A DNA stretch of 63,967 nucleotides, counting the filler, from Octopus bimaculoides (taxonomy: Eukaryota): the NCBI RefSeq assembly GCF_001194135.2. It is 4 parts of 4 records of this genome, joined end to end, with 100 filler letters (N's around TTAATTAATTAA, not from the genome) between each part and the next. Parts side by side here need not be neighbours in the genome. Positions count along the whole stretch, not along the records: positions 31,701 to 60,968 come from NC_068995.1; 3 more parts are not named here. The stretch is one strand, 5' to 3'. This document shows positions 38,313 through 50,200 of this stretch, piece after piece. The position numbers and the translations under genes were made by a program. The notes below the pieces were generated by a model that was given only the letters and a program-made list of their open reading frames with translations, searched no databases and had not been told where the DNA came from. The number at the start of each line of letters is the position of its first letter. The first letter of the stretch is position 1.

Positions 38313-38772
38313 CCCTTTAAGATTTAGATAACTCTGTCAAATATGTAAAACTCACTTATTCACATTTTGAAAAATTAATCGCGTATTATCTTGTAGCTTA
38401 GAGATATCAAAGATATGATTGTTTATTTTTAGAATGACATTGCAGGGTAGGTGTGAGATGCTGAACATGGCCAGTTTGAATATAAAACAGGAATAATATT
38501 TGGACTGGATATGGTCAGTTTAAATGCTAAAGGCTTAAGTTTTGAGTTCAACCCCTTAGCATTCAAACCGGCCATACCTGGCCAAACTATTCTACCTGTT
38601 TCATGTTAAAACTGGTCAGATCTGGCCTCTCACACCTACCCTACAATGTCTTTCTAAAAAATAAACAAACACATCATCAAAATATTAAAGCTGCAAGACA
38701 ATGCATGATTAATTCAAAGCAATGTGAATAAATAAGCATTACATTTGATAGAAAAATCTGAATGCTAAAAAG
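38313..38772. mobile_element. Two piggyBac-type MITE copies in inverted orientation
   Basis: 38313-38534 (-) and 38552-38772 (+), with ccc(t)ttagcattca...tgaatgctaaa(g)gg-type TIRs and TTAA-like flanks. Further partial copies near 36680-36880 and 45140-45330. Confidence 0.8.
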
Positions 38773-38992
38773 TTAAATCTAAAAAGTTAACTTGGACCTA
38801 CACTAACAGTACCCCTACTGTAATGCCAACCAGTTATTTTATTCTCCTACTCTACATTAACATTACTCAATTACTGGTGATTCCATCCCTACACTAACAA
38901 TATCCAGTTACCTGTATCCCACCACATCTATACTGATGTCACCAAAATAATTTGAGTTATGATTTTTCAAATTTCTATTTATCTCTTCCCAG

Positions 38993-39177
38993 CGCTGTTT
39001 TGATTTACCAAATCTTGACACTCTTGACAAAGATGAACTGATAGACATTTACAACAGATACTTACTTCCTCTGCCTCAGAGAAAGTACCGTTCCAATTGC
39101 CGAGGTGTATTGATGACCAACAAACAGATTCTGTTAGCAAAGAGGTCAAAATCTACTGCAAACGAAGTTTCTAAAAA
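38993..39177 (+). CDS. C2orf49: Ashwin homolog, coding exon 2
   Basis: Acceptor tctcttcccAG, donor GTGAGT, 185 nt. RCFDLPNLDTLDKDELIDIYNRYLLPLPQRKYRSNCRGVLMTNKQ contains the Ashwin signature L..LY....PLPQR....nR.G. Confidence 0.88.
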
Positions 39178-40464
39178 GTGAGTTATTTTTCATACTCTCA
39201 TTCTTAAATCATCATGCATGTTTTTCTCAAGTCTCTGGGACTTTGGTACTCATTCTGTGAGTTTCGTTTGCCAATTGGCAGATGTTGGGGCAGATACAAA
39301 CACAAAGAGATACACACACACAGCTAACACTGGTTTTAAAGCAGTGTGGATAGACACACACAAACACAGACTTGCACATACACACACACACACACACTTG
39401 ATAAAAGCTCACTTAATGTAACAAATATTAAAAGAATCTGTAAACATACCTGTGCAGGTGGCATGTAAAAAGCAGCCACCACACTCTTGGAGTGGTTGGT
39501 GTTAGGAAGGGCATCCAGCTGTAGACACGTTGCTAGATCAGATTGGAGACTGGTGCAGCCTTCTAGCTTGCCAGTCCTCAGTCAAACCGTCCAACCCATG
39601 CTAGCATGGAAAGTGTGCGTTAAATGATGATCTCACCCCCACCCCCCAACACACATATCATCATCATCTTCATTTAGATTTTGCATCCTTGCTGGCATGG
39701 GTTGGACGGTTTAAGCAGGGTTGGTAAGCTGTGGGGCTTCACCAGACTCCAGTTTGATTTGGCATGGTTTCTATGGCTGGATGCCCTTCCTAACACCAAC
39801 CACTGTGAGAGTTTAATGAGTGCTTTTACATGCCACCGGCATGAGTGCCAGTTGCATGACACCAGTATCTGCCATGACTGCAATTTCACTTGACCTGATG
39901 GGTCTTCTCAAGCACGGTATAATCTTTTCTACTCTAGGCACAAGGCCTGAAATTTTGGGGGAAGGGGCCAATTGAGTAGATTGACCCCAGTATGTAACTA
40001 GTACTTAATTTATAGACAGTTTCTGTCTACCAAATTCATTCACAAACTTTGGTCAGCCTGAGGTTATTGTAGAGGATGCTTGCTGAAGATGCCATATTGT
40101 GAGAGTGAACGCAGAACCATGTGGTTGGGAAGCAAACCTCCTACCACACAGCCACGCCTGTGGTTGGGAAGCAAACCTCCTACCACACAGCCACGCCTGT
40201 GTTTGTGATAACAAAAGATGAAAGGCAAAGTCGACCTTGGCAGAATTTGAACTCAGAACGTAAAGACAGACGGAATACCACTAAGCATTTCGCCCGGCAT
40301 GCTAACGTTTCTGCCAGCTCGCCGTCTTAAGCACAATATAATGCCAAAGGTCTCAGTTATTTGGCATTGCCTCTTTGAGGCCCAACACTCGAAAGGTGCT
40401 TTCTACATGTCACTAGCACGGGTGCTAGTTATGCGACACAGGCGTTGGCCATATTGTCTCCATG

Positions 40465-40498
<34 letters not shown>

Positions 40499-40504
40499 GT
40501 ATAT

Positions 40505-40562
<58 letters not shown>

Positions 40563-40855
40563 TGGGTTTCCACACAGTTTCTGTCCACCAAATTCACTCA
40601 TAAGGCATTAGTTGGCCTGTGACTATAGTAGAAGATACTTGCCCAAGGTACTGCACAGTGGAATTGAACCTGAAATCATGTTGTTGCGAAGTGAACTTGA
40701 GGGAGATTTGGCTGCTGTTTCTAACAAGTTGAGTGGCCATGAGAGGCTTTCTAGTTTACATGCACATAATAGGTTTGATGATGTAGGAAAGGACTCTTGC
40801 TTGCAGGAAATATTTTATTTGAAATAATTAAAAGAGACGTTTGTATTCATTGCAG

Positions 40856-41177
40856 TTCTGCAGACGTCCAAGAGAAACCTATGCCACGTTTTATGTCTTC
40901 ATATAATCCATCGACTGAGTCAACGACACATGTGAAGCCACCAGTTTCATGCATAAATTTTGATAGGAAAACGATCAGGTTAAATTCTCGTAGCGGTTCT
41001 TTGTCTGTGGACAATGGTCAGTCCACTGTTTGTGAGCGAGTGGCCATCACACCGGATTCACAGGACAAAGACTGTACTAAGGAATCAAGCAATAAAAATA
41101 ACCACTGTACTCATGAGAAATCGTTAGAAGAAAATTTGTCACCGGAAGCAGCAACAAAGAGACCATCAGAAAACAAT
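40856..41177 (+). CDS. C2orf49: Ashwin homolog, coding exon 3
   Basis: Acceptor gtattcattgcAG, donor GTAAGT, 322 nt, phase 2-0, inside ORF 40797..41312. Contains HVKPPVSCINFDRKTIRLN (compare human RLKPP...RK). Confidence 0.85.
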
Positions 41178-41289
41178 GTAAGTCTAAAATATCTATTATT
41201 TCTTATCTCTTTCATTGCATCCATTTATCATCATCGTCGTAGCTGTGGCCAGTGCCCCCTGACTGGCTCCTGTTCTGGTGACACGTTAA

Positions 41290-41790
41290 ATGCATCATCC
41301 AAATGTGGTTGATGCCAGGATGCCTGACTGGCTCCCGTGCCAGTGGCATGTAAAAAGCACCATCTGAACATGGCTGGTGTCAATACCCACTGACTGGCTC
41401 CTGTACTGGTGGCATGTAAAAAGCACTATCCGAACGTGATCAATGCTAGGGCTGCCTGACTGACTCCTGTGCCGCTGGTCTGTAAAACGCACCATCTGAA
41501 CATGGCTGGTGCCAGTATCCCCTGACTGGCTCCTGTACCGGTGGCATGTAAAAAGCACTATCCAAACGTGATCGATGCCAGGGCTGCCTGACTGGCTCCT
41601 GTGCCGCTGGTACGTAAAAAGCACCCACTATACTCTCGGAGCAATTGGCGTTATGAAGGGCATCCAGCTGTAGAAACATTGCCAGATCAGATTGGTGCCT
41701 GGTGCAGCTGCTGGCTCTTGAGATGTCAGTCAAACTGTCTAACCCATGCCAGCATGGAAAACAGACGTTAAATGATGATGATGATCATCA
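41290..41790 (+). mobile_element. RTE 3'-tail-derived repeat (family C) with an internal ~60-bp tandem array
   Basis: ctgactggctcctgtgc..tggcatgtaaaaagcac units followed by the ...aacccatgccagcatgg..(gat)n tail seen on the RTE copies. Other copies at about 4810, 15780(-), 25930, 39445, 39660(-), 43000, 46960, 55265. Confidence 0.8.
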
Positions 41791-42531
41791 TTTAGTGTTT
41801 TTGTATTCCATGTTGGCATCAGTTGGATAGTTTGACGGTCCACTTGGTGAGCTCCAGTGTTTGGTTTGGTATTGTTTTTATGGCTGGATACCCTTCTTCA
41901 CACCGACCACTGGATGCTTTATCATATCACTGCCACTAGTGTGGCTATCGACTAACTTGCAAAGCAAGACACCGTGGTCGAGAGGAAGGGCAGTATTGAT
42001 GGAGATGGCTTATGCAAGGTATTGAGAGGCAAGAGTATGATAGAGAGATAAGAGCAATTGTCTTGCTTTAGAGGAGTTATATGGCTACTCCAGCTGGAAG
42101 AGGAGGGAAGGAGGTGGTGGTGGTGGTGAGGTGCCTGATGCAGCTCTTGTTAAACCGTCCAACACATGGATAGAAGATGGACATTAAATGATGATGATGA
42201 TTTGAAGTTTACAAGCAGCAGTCAAAATATAGACACGCTAATTGCTTTCTATTAATGAGATATTATCATCAGTTAATCTAGGTTTTGTTTCTTCATTTAG
42301 TACCTTTTACCCTTTTTTCTTTTACTTCTTTCAGTCATTACACTGTGGCCATGCTGGGGCACCACCTTGAGTAATTTTAGTCAAACTAATTGACTCCAGT
42401 ACTTACTTTCTTTTTAAAACCTGGTATTTAATCTATTGGTCACTTTTGCCAAACTGCTAGGTTACAGGGACGTAAACACACCAACATTGGTTGTCAAGTG
42501 GTGGTGGGGGACACACACACACACACATCTT

Positions 42532-42595
<64 letters not shown>

Positions 42596-44074
42596 TAATG
42601 GGCTTCTTTCAGTTTCTGTCTACCAAATCCACTCACAAGACTTTGGTCAGCCTTAGGTTATTGTAGAGGATGCTTGCCCAAGGTGCCATACTGTGAGAGT
42701 GAACCCAGAACCACGTGGTTGGGAAGCAAACTTCCTACCACACAGCCACGCCTGTGTCTGTGCCGCCAACCCATCTGAGACCATCCCTTATTCTAAAATA
42801 CAAGCTTCCTGATTTAAAGTGATCTAAATTAAAACCTTTCATCAAAATTTGTGTTCCAAACTCCAGTTAATTAATGACAAAGTTATTTTACGAAGTTTTT
42901 TTATTATTTTAAGAATTAATTGAAGCAAAGTTAGGGCATTTCAACCGAAATATAACAAAAATGTTAAGGAGCTGTGTGTTAGATTGATGAGCTGAGTTCC
43001 ACGTAAAAAGCATCCAGTACACACTGTAAAATGGTTGGCATTTGGAAGTTCATCCAGTTGTAGAAATCGTGCCAAAAGTAACCTCGCCTGTCCTAGTGCC
43101 GCGTAAAAAGCACTGAATCTATTCTGCAGAGTGGTTGGTGTTAGGAAGGACATTCAGCCGTGAAATCCCTGCCAAAACAGATACAGCAGCCTAGGGTAGT
43201 CTTCTACCTGGCCGGCTCCTGTCAGCCGTCCTACCCATCAATGGAAGACGGACGTTAAACGATGATATGATAGTGTGTGGTTCGAGGAAGATTTATTTGC
43301 TATTTCCACTTGGTCAAGCGCTCGTTTTATGTATACGTGTGTGTGTGTGTATTTATATTTGTATAGGATGCAGTACTCCTTGTGTTTAGCTATGAAGTGT
43401 TTGCCTTGATTCTTGAAAAAGAAAACCCAGTTCTTTTATGATGTTTTCATATCTATGTAAATAATATTAAATTGCCACTCATTAAAAAAAGTCCTAGAAT
43501 ACTACAATAAAGATAGGTTCCGAATTCTTGAGAACAAATATTGGTCTTTCGTTTGAAAATTTTCAGTAAAACCTTTTAAGAGAGAAAAATCGGTTAAACT
43601 GATTTAATTAAAAAAAAAATATATTGGTCATTGTGCAACAACTGAGATAACACTTGATGCAAGGGAGATAACTCTGTTTACTATTACTTTGACACTAAAG
43701 TTTGAATCGATTATAATTGTTGATTAGTTCCAGGTCTTCTGTTTGAGAAGACCTGCATTCAAAAACCTTCCAACCATGGCCATCAACTCTTATGTTCTGA
43801 TAGTATATCTCTGACTTTATTTTCCAATGTTTTCGTTTATGAAGAGAATTAAGTCTGATAGAACCTCGCTTCCTTTTCAATCGGTTGTAGAGAGCTGTTG
43901 CACAGTTGTTGATTAGCGCCAGGTCAGACTTAATCGGGCAATTCTTTAATCAGAGACATTCTGGTCGTGACCATCCTGTCTTTTTCTTACGTCCAGGGAG
44001 CCCAGGACTGCACTATCCTATGTGTCATTTGAGCAAATTTTGCTATTTGTATTAAATCAAACTATCATTTAGAG

Positions 44075-44778
44075 CAGTAATTCTCAACCATTTTTTTTTT
44101 ATCTATGAACCCCTTTGGTTATTATTTTACTCTGGTGGACACCTCCCATAGTTATTCGAATTCTTTAGATACTCCTTTCAAAACTAGTATTTTGTTTATC
44201 ACACATTCATTTGTGTACATTGAACTATGTGAAACATTAGAGAAAGAAACCAAGCAGTGTCTGGCAATAGATACACTCTTTTACTTGTTTCAGTCATTTG
44301 ACTGTGGCCATGCTGGAACACCGCCTTAAGTCGAGCAAATCGAACCCAGGACTTATTCGTTGTAAGCCTAGTACTTATTCTGTCAGTCTCTTTTGCTGAA
44401 CTACTAAGTTACGGGGACCTAAACACACCAGCATCGGTTGTCAAGCGATGCTGGGGGGACAAACACAGACACACAAACATACACACGCACTTACATATAT
44501 ATATACATATATACGACGGGCTTCTTTCAGTTTCCATCTATCAAATCCACTCACAAGGCTTTGGTCGGCCCGAGGCTATAGTAGAAGACACTTGCCCAAG
44601 GTGCCACGCAGTGGGACTGAACCCGGAACCATGTGGTTGGTAAGCAAGCTACTTACCGCACAGCCACTCCTATAGAAAATTATTTTCATGCACCCTTAAA
44701 ATAATATTGTGAACCCAGTTTACTACTTTGCTTGTTTACCCCCTAAAATCTTATATGGGCCCTGGTTCAGAAGCATTG
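44075..44778. mobile_element. hAT (Charlie-like) MITE with a nested SINE (44275-44672)
   Basis: TIRs cagtaattctcaacc / ggttcagaagcattg. Flanking 8-mers atttagag and atatagaa match 6/8. Confidence 0.7.
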
Positions 44779-47700
44779 ATATAGAAGTTTCCTCCTCGTC
44801 TCGGCTCTAGCTAAGTGGTTAAGAAATATATGTAAATAGGAATAGAATAGCTGAGATGATAAAGAATTGAACTAGTCTTTTTCTGGAAGCCTTCCCTCTA
44901 TGGAGTATAGATCATTGAAAACTTTTTTCCACTGTTTTCGACTTTGGGTAGTCTTTTCTGCTTCTCTCCAGCTGGATCCTCCCCTTTTTATTCCAGCTCT
45001 CCCTTTATATCTCCTATCCTACTATTTTTAGGGCACCCTCTCTCCTGCTTCGCTTCTCTGTTTGGGGTCAGTGCCTGATGCGTAATGCAGGATGTTGGTT
45101 CAGAATTATCATTGACACTTTTTAAACTTTGGTGGCAGCGCATGGCCATAACTGGCCAAAATATTCTACCTGTTTAATGTTCAAACCAGCTAGATCCAGC
45201 CTCTCACACCTACCCTATGAAGTTATTCTGAAAATGAACAATCACATCATCAAAATCCTGAAGCTGTGACTTATTGCATGATTAATTCAAGACAATTTGA
45301 CAGAATAATTCAAATGTTAAAGGGTCAAGCTTAAAGTTTATCATTGTATTTTATGAATAGCATTCCGAATGCAAGTTCATGGTGTACTAGCATTGATATT
45401 CATTACATGAAAGACTTGAATGTAATAGCTATGATTTACATAGCACCACACTATATTAGTTTTACTGTGTACCTTACTCCCCCATGTTACTGAACACCAT
45501 ATCAAAATATATTGTTAATCTAACAGCAATAGTGTATTAGACCCCATAATATATTCTTTTTTACTCTAGGCAAAAGGCCTGAAATTTTGGGGGAGGTGAG
45601 GTAGTCGATTAGATTGATCCCAGTATGCAACTGGTACTTAATTTATTGACCCCCTGAAAAGATGAAAGGCAAAGTCAATCTCAGCAGAATTTGAACTCAG
45701 AATGTAAAGACAGACGAAATACCACAAAGCATTTTGCCCGGCGTGCTAACGTTTCTGCCAGCTCACAGCCTTAAAGAATCTTTTCTACTCTAGGCACAAG
45801 GCCTGAAATTTTTGGGGTGTGGGTGAGTCAATTAGATCAACCCCGAAAGGATGGAAGGCGAAGTCGATCTTGGTGGAATTTGAACTCAGAATGTAAAAAC
45901 AGACCAAATACCGCTGAGCATTTCGTGTGTCATGCTAGCGTTTCCGCCAGCTTGCTGCCTTGACTCCATAATATATCAATTCATAATTTGCTAGCATGTC
46001 GGACATAATGTTGATCAACATTTTGTCTGTCTTTATGTTCTGAGTTCCAATACCTCAGAGGTTGACTTTCTTCCCACTGCATGTCCCAATTCAGTTTTTG
46101 AATTAATTTGGATTTCAGAATTGTCCTCGTTGCCTGTCTTTGCAAAAATTATCATTAAAAGTGAAGATTTGGCCCTGTAATTTTTATTAAGATCACATCA
46201 CTTTCCACAAAACTGTGTGCTCTTCATGCTGAAGGTATCCCAAGGAAATTTCTTCCCAGTCGTTCATTAAATTTGCTCAATCAGTGAATGTTTTTCGCTT
46301 AAGATCTTTATTCTCCCACCCACNNNNNNNNNNNNNNNNNNNNNNNNNNNNNNNNNNNNNNNNNNNNNNNNNNNNNNNNNNNNNNNNNNNNNNNNNNNNN
46401 NNNNNNNNNNNNNNNNNNNNNNNNNNNNNNNNNNNNNNATCAGTCTACTATACTTTGCTGAGGAGGCTTAATAACGCTGAAATAAGTCTGGTATGGTCAG
46501 TGTACTTTCCAAAGATCAAGCTCTATAATATTGTTTATTTGGATTTCGGAGTTGCCTCCCTTGCTTTTCTTGTCTCGTAATTTTTTTTTCTAAGTTGAAA
46601 GTTAAATATTTTCCTTTTTTTCTTTCTTTTTTATCAGTACTCTTGTTAGTATACATTACACCAGTATATAACATTGTTACTGTGCAACATACCACACTAG
46701 GTTACTGCTAGCGTACACTACATTAATATATATTATTGTTACTGTACAGTACACAATACTATATTGTTGTTAACACATACTATCCCTAATTTTACTATCG
46801 TTATTGTACATTGCACCATGTTATAGTATTACTATACAGAAGTGCTTCTCAGCCGGGGTCCATACGGCCTTGAGGGTTCATATAAGATTTTGTGGGGTCC
46901 TAGCAACAAAATAGTAAATTGGAGATCCTCCTCAATAGTATTTGAAGAGCCCTTGAAAAAATTTTGTATGTACCCATTATACTCTTGGAGTGGTTGGTGT
47001 TGAGAAGAGCATCCAGCCATAGAAACCATGCCAAACCAGACTGGAGCCTGGTGTAGCTCTCCAGTTTGCCAGTTCCAGTCAAATTGTCTAACCCATGCCA
47101 GCATGGAAAGCAGACACTAAATGATGATGATGATTGTGTGTGTGTATGTGTCTGTCTGTCTTTGTCCCCCTTCACTGCTTGACAATTGGTGTTGGTCTGT
47201 TTTTGTCCCTATTACTTAGCAGTTCAGCAAAAGAGACCAATAGAATAAGTACCAGGTTTAGAAAATAAATACTGGGGTTGATTCGTTTGACTAAATATTC
47301 TTCATGGCTGTGCCCCAGCATGGCCGTAGTCTATTGACTGAAGCAAGTAAGATAGTAAAAGTGAAAGTACTCTTTTGTAGCTCATTAGATATTCAGCTGC
47401 ATTGACAATCATACAACACTGCTTTTCAGTTATGATAGCTAGGTTAAACAACAATGTTTTGACATATAACAGCATTTTAATATACTTTGTTTTTGTATTT
47501 GGTTTGCAAGATCCTTTATGTGAATTCCTGTATTGAAACTCATTTTGTTGTGTCTAGAGAGAATCATTATTAATACTGAATTTTAATCAAGCCACAAGGG
47601 CCAAACACAGAGGGGGACATACACACATGCGGGGACAATTAACACATGAAACGATGAATAAAATGAAGTATTTATAATGAAGATGAAATGGTCATCCTGG

Positions 47701-48128
47701 CCCCACTCCAGGATGGTTATGTGATTTTACTTTTTTTAACCTTAAAATTTAACACAAATTTCTACAAATGCTCATTCCACCGAGATGATTACGAAAATTA
47801 ACTTCTTTTAAAACCAAAAAATTTTAACAAAAAAATGTTTTTTTTTTCAAGTCTATTCACAGTCTTTAAAAACAAATCACACTTACCACTTTATCTTTTC
47901 CTTGATATCGTTATAATCCACCACCAAGGCCCAAAGTTTGCTATCTACCTCCGGCCCCAGTGGATTTACATCCGAAGGAAAAGCCTCCTTCAATGGACTA
48001 TACTTTACTTCATCCATCAAGATGCACCTCATTATTAATATTGCCGTAATGACTCTCCCTAGACATGTTTTAAAATGTTTTAACAAATTTTTAAAAATTC
48101 CTCTTATTGTTTTCATTTTCTCTTGTAG

Positions 48129-48194
48129 GTTCACGATGAGAGTGATGTACCCGAGAAAAAGAAGAAAATTATTCCTCGTATCACTTGGCCATAA
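48129..48194 (+). CDS. C2orf49: Ashwin homolog, last coding exon
   Basis: Acceptor tttctcttgtAG. VHDESDVPEKKKKIIPRITWP-stop matches the human C-terminus KRKIQHVTWP. Joined CDS is 663 nt = 220 aa plus stop. Confidence 0.9.
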   Translation, partial: VHDESDVPEKKKKIIPRITWP

Positions 48195-50200
48195 CAGATG
48201 TCTCATGTAGGGCAGATAACTATATTCAAAAGTCCAGTTATTATCCTCTTACCATTTATGTTTTGGCAGCAGTGTGTTAATTCTCCACAGGATATCTGTC
48301 AGGTTTCCAGCTAATATCCTACTATCACACAAGCATACATACATACATACATACATACACAGACACACATAAATACACTACATCAGAGTGTTTCATTACA
48401 GGATATCTGTTAGGTTTCCAGCTCATATCCTTCTGTCATACACGTGCATACATACATCATTTATGTTCGATATCGATGTATTATTGTTTATGGGATATCC
48501 ATCATTTTCATCTAATAAGCAACATAAAAAAAAACATCTATGTTGCTTCCTTTTTTTTTTTATTCCTTCCTCTCATTAGTTTGAAGTTCATCAACCAACA
48601 GTAATAATTTCTTCTACAACACTGGTAATGCTTATCCCATTGTCATGTTTCTTCTAGAAAGAAGAACAAAAAAACCCCAAGGTTTTATGCCTTGGTATTG
48701 TCATAATTTCCCCACCTACTCTAATAGCTCAAGCTTCATGCCTGTAGGAGGAGGGGATTCATTATTTATTGTCTTCATAGTATTGTACAAATGTAATATA
48801 TTGGCTGGGGGTCAGTACATTAATTGTAAGGGTGGTATAATTTTAACTTAATTTTTTACTGTTTCATCAGTTAAAAAGATAATTAAGTTTTCAGATTAAA
48901 AGTTATACATGGCCAAATTGCACCATAAACAAACTTAATGTCACATAATTTTTTTTCCATGAAAAAAAATTCTTCACTAACAATTACATTATAATACCTA
49001 TAATAATAATGATAATAATAATATTCATGATGAGAATAACAATGCCTCAAGAAGAAATTCCAGTGCATGCAGTGCTTCTCTGAATAAGTACATGGACTTT
49101 GATAAGAACTGATCCAGATAAAGCATCTCTTGGTACTCATTCATGTTGGAAGCTTACTCAAACTGTGAAACATTGAACTACCAAAACACCATTGCTGTGG
49201 TGAACAGCTCATATTTGATATGGTTTGATATTTATATTTAAATTAAATATTTTTCATCATGGGCAACTAACTGTTTCGATTTTTGCTAAGAAAGTTAGCT
49301 AAAACTGTACCTCACTTAGATTACATATCATTAGATCATCCTTCTCATTCAAGATTTTAGCTCTAGAATGTTTGTTCAAGTTTAAGGTTTATACATGATG
49401 TTAGCTTACTAACTTAGCTTCTCTCTAATTGTATACAGGGTTAACTTATTGTAGAAGATATTTAAAAATTGTAGCTACTTTCTTTATTGTAGTAAGTATA
49501 TCTTGCAAAATAATTGAATCTAAAGTATCTTACTTCATCTTGGTCTTTTAATTATCTGAAGGTCATGTGATTTTTTCTGGGAAATTTTTTCACAGATATT
49601 TGCATTCTGTCGGATTTTCATTTTTCTATAATTTCTATTAATGATGTTAGTTACGAAGTCTTTTGTTATATATATTTTTAGATTATATTTACTCCAGACT
49701 TGTTAGGCAAGTAATTAACTTAGTATAAACTAAAGGCTCATTTCAAATGTTGAATCTGTCCTATTGCGAAGTTTACTTTATTTTCTATAATATTCTTTAA
49801 ATGATAAGTTAGTTCCATCTGTTGTTGACCAATCTTGCAGAGATGTTGATGTTTTCTTTTATACTTAGGTCAAAATTTATTCTGAACGAAAATATTTTGA
49901 ATTTTTTCAAATCTCATCTCGATACGAAAGAAAGTATTTAATCGTAAAATAGCAACTTTTCTATACTTCTATCTGTATAAAGAAAAAGGAAAAGAAAAAT
50001 CATACTTTCCTTAATTTGTTTAGTAGATTTAAAATAAGGGCAGTATTTACTTATTCAATTCAAAGGACTGTTTATAAATTGTGGTTTTTCAGAAGACATA
50101 TCAGTACAAGTTAAATCTGTTACTATATCATCAATCATTTATAAGTTCATTTCACATCAATGTTTCCATGCTTTCATATTACAGACAGTCCTGACTAAAA
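48195..50200 (+). other. Probable Ashwin 3' UTR (end not defined)
   Basis: AT-rich, nearly SINE-free stretch right after the stop codon. The poly(A) site cannot be placed from sequence alone. Confidence 0.4.

Noticed and set aside
41290-41620. CRISPR-like repeat array
   Set aside because: The intervening sequences are themselves repeated, the array is part of the RTE 3' tail (also at 11130-11370 and 55265-55390), and the host is eukaryotic.
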